From Nitrososphaeria archaeon (lineage in GTDB: Archaea; Thermoproteota; Nitrososphaeria; Nitrososphaerales; JAAOZN01), in assembly GCA_029775855.1 (NCBI GenBank), contig JARVJZ010000001.1, forward strand, positions 256,001 through 320,000: 64,000 nucleotides of DNA. The letters are read 5' to 3'. How positions within the stretch are numbered: the first letter of the stretch is position 1; each line of letters starts with the position of its first letter. The notes below the pieces were generated by a model, which searched no databases, was not told where the DNA came from, and saw nothing but the letters and a program-made list of their open reading frames with translations. The translations under genes were made by a program, and so were the position numbers. Of the stretch, positions 58,977-64,000 are shown piece by piece.

Positions 58977-59687
58977 CTATACACCTAAGTATGCTTGCAT
59001 CACATATTTATCTGACATAAGGTCGGCTGAGCGGCCTGACTTTACGATTCTGCCGTTCTCTAGAATAAGGGTTCTATCACTCATCTTTAGTGTCTGCCTT
59101 ACGTTCTGCTCCACTAGAAGTATCGTCACACCTTTCCTGTTTATGTCTTGTATCAGTTGGAAGACTTGCAGCACTATATTAGGCGCCAACCCTAATGAGG
59201 GTTCATCTATCATCATCAGTTTAGGCTCTGACATAAGTGCTCTTGCTATAGCAAGCATCTGCCTCTCACCACCGCTCAAAGTTCCTGCGAGCTGTGCAGC
59301 TCGCTCTTTGAGGATAGGGAAGAGCTCAAAGACAACCCTTATGTTATCTTTCATATTGGCTCTAGCCCTCTTCGGTAAAGCACCTAGCTGAATATTTTCA
59401 AGCACAGTCATATCTGGGAAGACTCGTCTACCTTCTGGAACATAGCAGATACCGTATTCAACTCTTTTCTTAACAGATTCTTCCCCTATATTAAATGAAT
59501 CAAACATAATTTTGCCAGCGCTGTGCGGTACAATTCCAAGTATAGATTTCAGCAAGGTACTCTTTCCCGCGCCATTAGGTCCGATCAGTGAGAGTATTTC
59601 TCCTTTTTCAATGTTAAAACTCACATTCCAAAGCACTTGAGCAACTCCATATTTGACGTTTAGGTCTTCTACGGTTAAGAGTGGCAT
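58977..59687 (-). CDS. livF: Liv-family ABC ATPase (LivF-like)
   Basis: GPNGAGKS, PEGRRVF, LSGGERQM, DEPSLGLAP, VEQN. Confidence 0.92.
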   Translation of the reverse strand: MPLLTVEDLNVKYGVAQVLWNVSFNIEKGEILSLIGPNGAGKSTLLKSILGIVPHSAGKIMFDSFNIGEESVKKRVEYGICYVPEGRRVFPDMTVLENIQLGALPKRARANMKDNIRVVFELFPILKERAAQLAGTLSGGERQMLAIARALMSEPKLMMIDEPSLGLAPNIVLQVFQLIQDINRKGVTILLVEQNVRQTLKMSDRTLILENGRIVKSGRSADLMSDKYVMQAYLGV

Positions 59688-60412
59688 CAGATCGCCTCTC
59701 CTAAGTATGCTTTTATTACGTTGATGTCGCTTGTTACTTCTGATGGAGTTCCTTCAGATATCTTTTCGCCGTGGTGTATCACTACCACTCGATTGCAGAG
59801 TCCTGTTATGACTTTCATAACATGCTCGACTATGCAGATCGTTATGTTTCTTCGGCTTATCTCTTTTATTGTATTCATAAATTGTGATAGTTCGGATGGG
59901 TTTAACCCGCTGGCCGGCTCATCTAGTAGGAGAAGTGAAGGTTTAGTTGCAAGCGCTCGGGCAAGTTCGACGTTTTTACGCTCTAGAATGTTAAGGTTCT
60001 TTACATATTCGTTTCGCTTATCGTATAGGTTGAGAAGTTTCAGGATTGATGATGCTTCTTCAACCGCTTCATCGTCGCTTACCTTGTTTACATGCCCAAA
60101 AAACCTACCTACGAGTGCGTTTTGCAACACAGTTTGGTTTAGGAAGGGTTTGCTTAATTGGTGTGTGCGTGCTATGCCTTTTTTGCAGATCTCGTATGGT
60201 TTATGTTTTGTTATGTCTTCTCCTTTGTATATGATTTTGCCAGAATCTGGTTTTAGTATGCCTGTTAATAGGTTGAAGACGGTGGTCTTTCCTGCTCCGT
60301 TCGGTCCTATTAGTCCCAGTATATCGTTTTCTTCGATTTTGAAAGATAGTTCGTTTACTGCAATTAATCCGCCAAAGCGTTTCGTTAGTCTTTCTGTTTG
60401 CAGAATTGTCAT
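59687..60412 (-). CDS. livG: Liv-family ABC ATPase (LivG-like)
   Basis: FGGL.AV, GPNGAGKTT.FN, LDEPASGLN, VEH, AYLG. Confidence 0.92.
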   Translation of the reverse strand: MTILQTERLTKRFGGLIAVNELSFKIEENDILGLIGPNGAGKTTVFNLLTGILKPDSGKIIYKGEDITKHKPYEICKKGIARTHQLSKPFLNQTVLQNALVGRFFGHVNKVSDDEAVEEASSILKLLNLYDKRNEYVKNLNILERKNVELARALATKPSLLLLDEPASGLNPSELSQFMNTIKEISRRNITICIVEHVMKVITGLCNRVVVIHHGEKISEGTPSEVTSDINVIKAYLGEAI

Positions 60413-60463
60413 ACTGCGCCCTTATAGGTTTGTTTCATAGGTAATATAAGTTTGTTGTATTTT

Positions 60464-63034
60464 CTAAACTATTGGTTTTTCACTAATTGTTTGCGTGATT
60501 TCTATAAGTCTGGTTGCCATCTCTTTCATATTTCTTAGGACTTCTATGGCGCCTTTTTTGAGTAGGAATTCGTTGTTGTTGCCACATTTGTATGAGTAGG
60601 TGCACCTTGGGCAGCCTGATTCTGATGTGCATCTGCAACCCTCAACTATTTCTAACGCTTTTTTATGTGCTTCTTCGAATCTGTCGTAGAGTGCTTTTGT
60701 TGCGCCGTTTCCTCCTACTGCACCATCGTAGATGAAGATGAGTCCTGTTGTGCCTATGCTTATGCCTCCCATTTCTTCTGCTACGCCTCCTGTTATTGGG
60801 TTGGTTGCTTCTATCATTAGGTGTTCGGTTGCGTGGTAGCTGCTCATTAGCGCATATTCTTTTTGGTCTCGGTATTGTTGGAGGATTTGGTGTGGTGTTG
60901 GCGCTTTGAAGACGATACCTTTTGTGTTGAATCTGTAGGTTACTGGTTGGTGTAGCAAGGTTGGTCTTCCTTTCGCTGTTGGGTTATTGATTTCTATGTT
61001 CACATATCCTATCACCTTCTTCTCTATCTCTAACTCGACTCTTTTAATTTCTAAGCCGTAGATCTGTTTTGATTCGATTACGTGTTTGATGTGGGGCCAC
61101 TCTTCTTTTAGAGGCTTTGTGTAGTAGGGGTAGTTTTGAGGTAGGGTTTCTACTTCGGCGTAGCTTTTTGCGCCATTTACTTTCAGTGTTTTGCTTTTGT
61201 ATCTTATGCCTGCGTGTAGATATACGGCTTCTGGGTGGAGCTCTTCTAATGCTTGGGGTAGCGCTCTCTCACCTATCTTTTTGCTGTTGAAGATTATCGC
61301 TACGTTTTCTCCGCTTCCTCTTATGTTGTATGCTGATAGGATTCTTCTGGCAGTTGGTGTGTCAGCTTTAAACACGTCTTTGACTCGGTAAAGTAGTCTT
61401 CTTGCCGTTAGGTTTTCTATGATCTGCTTGTATTCTTGGAACTCTTTTATGTGGATTGGTTTGTCTAGTGCTGCTGCTAGGATCTGTTTTTCTGCTACGG
61501 TTGGGTTAAATGGGTCTGTGTATGCGTGGGGTATGTCTTTGAAGTATTGCTCGGGGTGGTTTCGGTAATATTGGCTTATTGGATCGTTGTCTCTTAGTAG
61601 GAGATAGATTAATGCCTCTTGACCTCTTCTGCCAGCCCTTCCAGCGCGTTGTATGAGTCTGTTTATGGGCACTAGGTCTGAAACTACGGCGTCGACTGAG
61701 CCTATGTCTATGCCTAATTCGAGTGTGGGTGTGGTTGAGATGGCTTTGAGGATACCTCTTCTGAAGTCTTCCTCAACTTTTTTACGCCATTCGTCTGGTA
61801 AGCCGGCTCTGTGCACAGCGATGTTTACACCTTCACGCTTTGCGTAGTATGCGTTCAGCTCGGCGCTGAGGTGTGAGCTCGAGAAGATTAGCGGTTTGTA
61901 TCTTGCTTTGAAGAGTTTTTTGATGGTGTCGACTACTAATGCGCGGTGGCTTCTTAGGGTTGGGAAGAGTATGGTGAAGTGTAATGCGCCGTGTTTTCCT
62001 TTGTCTTCTTTGATGACTTTGAATCTTCTTCTGAATAGTGTTTCGCAGAATTCTGCTGGGTTGGCTATGGTTGCTGATGCTGCTATTATTTGCAGTCTGT
62101 TTGCTATTCTTTCGAGTCTTTTGATTATGAAGTGGATGTTTGAGCCGAAGGTGCCTGTGTAGACGTGAACTTCGTCTACTACTATTATCTTTGTTGTTTT
62201 AAGTAGTCTGCTGAAGGCTGTTCGGTGTATGAGGTGGTGGTGTATGGTGTCGAAGTTTGTTAAGATTATGTGTGGCGGCTTTTGTAGTATTCGCTCTCTT
62301 TCTTTTTTCGGCGTGTCGCCGTCGAAGACACCTATTTCTATTCCTACTGCTTCGGCGAGTCTTTTGATTTTAAGTTGTTGGTCGCGTGCGAGCGCCTTTG
62401 TTGGGTAGATGAAGAGAGCTTTGATCTTTGGTTGCTCGATTCTTAAGCCGCTTAGCTCGTTAGCTTCGGTTGAGAGCATAGTTAGTATTGGTATGGTGAA
62501 GGCTTCTGTTTTGCCGCTGCCTGTTGGTGCTGCTATGACGACGTCTTCTCCTTTAAGTATGTGTTTTATTGCTTCTGCTTGGAAGCTGTAGAGTGTGTTT
62601 ATGCCTATTTTGCTTAGTGTTTCTGTTAGGGGTTTGGGTAGGTTGTGTGTTGAGGTGTCTATTGCTGTTGTTGGTTTTTCTTCTTCTATGAGTTTGTAGT
62701 ATACTAAGTAGTCTTGGTTTGATCTTAGTGATTCTTCTAGGATTGGTGGTATAGGTTGACCTCTGTTTTTGGCTTCGTTGATTATCTGCTCTACTTCGGC
62801 TCTTCTGCGGATGAAGCCTTCAGACTCCAAAATCTCTTCCAGCGGCTTCTTCAGGTTGATTTCACCTTTGTCATAAGCGAGGAGCATTTGCATATACTCC
62901 TCATCTTCGCTCTTGCCTCTTGTTCGAAGGAGATACTTCAAGCCACATTTAACGCAGTGAAATAGTGCTCTACCATCATATGCTCTTTTTAAATCTAGCT
63001 TCGTTTTACATCTTGGGCAGCGATACCTTTGCAC
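60464..63034 (-). CDS. DEAH-box SF2 helicase with C-terminal DUF1998/MZB Cys cluster (Hrq1/YprA/MrfA-like) and N-terminal Zn ribbon
   Basis: PTGSGKT, YPTKALARDQ, DEVH, SAT, TLELGIDIG, QRAGRAGR, YHATEH, YDG..GGNG, C.C..GCP.C....C. Confidence 0.92.
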   Translation of the reverse strand: MQRYRCPRCKTKLDLKRAYDGRALFHCVKCGLKYLLRTRGKSEDEEYMQMLLAYDKGEINLKKPLEEILESEGFIRRRAEVEQIINEAKNRGQPIPPILEESLRSNQDYLVYYKLIEEEKPTTAIDTSTHNLPKPLTETLSKIGINTLYSFQAEAIKHILKGEDVVIAAPTGSGKTEAFTIPILTMLSTEANELSGLRIEQPKIKALFIYPTKALARDQQLKIKRLAEAVGIEIGVFDGDTPKKERERILQKPPHIILTNFDTIHHHLIHRTAFSRLLKTTKIIVVDEVHVYTGTFGSNIHFIIKRLERIANRLQIIAASATIANPAEFCETLFRRRFKVIKEDKGKHGALHFTILFPTLRSHRALVVDTIKKLFKARYKPLIFSSSHLSAELNAYYAKREGVNIAVHRAGLPDEWRKKVEEDFRRGILKAISTTPTLELGIDIGSVDAVVSDLVPINRLIQRAGRAGRRGQEALIYLLLRDNDPISQYYRNHPEQYFKDIPHAYTDPFNPTVAEKQILAAALDKPIHIKEFQEYKQIIENLTARRLLYRVKDVFKADTPTARRILSAYNIRGSGENVAIIFNSKKIGERALPQALEELHPEAVYLHAGIRYKSKTLKVNGAKSYAEVETLPQNYPYYTKPLKEEWPHIKHVIESKQIYGLEIKRVELEIEKKVIGYVNIEINNPTAKGRPTLLHQPVTYRFNTKGIVFKAPTPHQILQQYRDQKEYALMSSYHATEHLMIEATNPITGGVAEEMGGISIGTTGLIFIYDGAVGGNGATKALYDRFEEAHKKALEIVEGCRCTSESGCPRCTYSYKCGNNNEFLLKKGAIEVLRNMKEMATRLIEITQTISEKPIV

Positions 63035-63046
63035 ACAGCTTCTTCT

Positions 63047-63202
63047 TTAGCCGTGGTTAATAAAATTGAAGAGCCTATAGCGTTCACATTTTTCCGCTAC
63101 CCCTTTATATAGTGTGGTGCAAGATGGGGGGTAGCGCCACAACCAACAGCAGAAAGGCTTAAATCGAACCCAAAACCATATAATGGAGCGAGAAAAGGGT
63201 CG
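63047..63202 (+). promoter_or_regulatory. CRISPR leader / divergent promoter region
   Basis: Non-coding DNA before the first repeat with TATA-like TTTATATA (63104-63111) and CATATAAT (~63177); repeat orientation places the leader here. Confidence 0.6.
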
Positions 63203-63993
63203 GAATCTCACATAGAGAATTGAAAGTATGCCATTTATCATTTGCTTGAATTTCGTTGAAACACGAATCTCACATAGAGAATTGAAAGTTTATTTTGCTT
63301 AGAATTGTGGGCAAAAACGGTTTAAGCGGGAATCTCACATAGAGAATTGAAAGATGGTGTAGGCGGTTCAGAGCCTAATATGTCGCTGTATAATGAATCT
63401 CACATAGAGAATTGAAAGTACTGTAGCCACCATGTTAGCGGGTATGCTAACTGTAGCGAATCTCACATAGAGAATTGAAAGTTTGTGGTTGTGATTGTGA
63501 TTGGGGTTGTGGTTGTGATGGAATCTCACATAGAGAATTGAAAGCCATCCGTTGAATGGGTCATACCACTCCCAGCGTGAGTGGAATCTCACATAGAGAA
63601 TTGAAAGCCCTCTACTCGAGGGCGTTTCGGTTTATAAAATGGTGATGGAATCTCACATAGAGAATTGAAAGTCACTACTTCGACTGACGGACGCGGTGGA
63701 CCGATTCGAATGAATCTCACATAGAGAATTGAAAGAGAGACCTATTACATAGCGGTTACCAGAAGCTGGGTCTGGGGAATCTCACATAGAGAATTGAAAG
63801 TTTTTTAGTTGTTCTTTTAATTGTTTAAATTCTTCTGATGGAATCTCACATAGAGAATTGAAAGCTGCTGCTTGTCCTGCTCTCTCCACCGTAAAGTGGA
63901 GAGAATCTCACATAGAGAATTGAAAGCTGACAAAGACAGGGAGTCATTGATTCTCTTACAGAAACTTCTGAATCTCACATAGAGAATTGAAAG
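63203..63993 (+). CRISPR. CRISPR array: 13 identical 24-bp repeats GAATCTCACATAGAGAATTGAAAG, 12 complete spacers of 38-43 bp, runs off the window
   Basis: Repeats start at 63203, 63265, 63330, 63395, 63458, 63521, 63584, 63648, 63712, 63777, 63841, 63903, 63970; 3' ATTGAAAG handle typical of archaeal type I-A/III arrays. Confidence 0.99.
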
Positions 63994-64000
63994 TTCTATT

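Noticed and set aside
59721-60440. 239-aa plus-strand ORF (and similar antisense ORFs, e.g. 40643-41221, 32024-32485)
   Set aside because: Stop-free mirror frames of well-supported genes; Ser-rich, no motifs.
63482-63520. Spacer 5 as a self-targeting spacer against Thr-rich linkers (54480-54600, 17090-17210)
   Set aside because: Only low-complexity resemblance; no contiguous match seen in this window.
63047-63592. Short ORFs with repeated LSILYVRF
   Set aside because: Translations of CRISPR repeats and leader.

Overview
Archaeal chromosomal segment, probably from a thermophilic TACK archaeon. The S30e, Rpo12, Nop5/fibrillarin, Zn-ferredoxin and helicase sequences suggest a non-ammonia-oxidising Nitrososphaerota or close relative; this is inferred without database searches. 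Housekeeping genes include cysS, tyrS, purECM, pyrDK, the HMG-CoA synthase/thiolase/DUF35 trio, nop5-fibrillarin, dpo4, nfo, tRNA-Leu(TAG) and a tRNA-Ile(GAT) split by three non-canonical introns. Respiratory modules include cydAA', ttrBCA plus a TorD-like chaperone, and a ~16.5 kb island (43.9-60.4 kb). That island carries two paralogous low-potential Rieske proteins, cytochrome b, a cytoplasmic Mo-enzyme with an FeS subunit, a NarI-like membrane cytochrome, a TrxR lacking NADPH motifs, a thioredoxin-SBP fusion and a scrambled Liv-type ABC transporter. The window ends in a CRISPR array (13 repeats, truncated) with no cas genes in view. Best novelty candidates: (1) a divergent Mtd head-to-head with a FolD whose NADP site is altered, plus an F420-type LLM oxidoreductase, possibly an F420-linked folate C1 pathway; (2) the Mo/Rieske/cytb/ABC island; (3) the triple-intron tRNA; (4) a TRAM gene that appears to start at ACG behind a 5' hairpin; (5) A+C/G+T compositional waves inside genes. 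Four small genes missing from the ORF track were translated by hand (Rpo12, TRAM, S30e, DUF5679-like).
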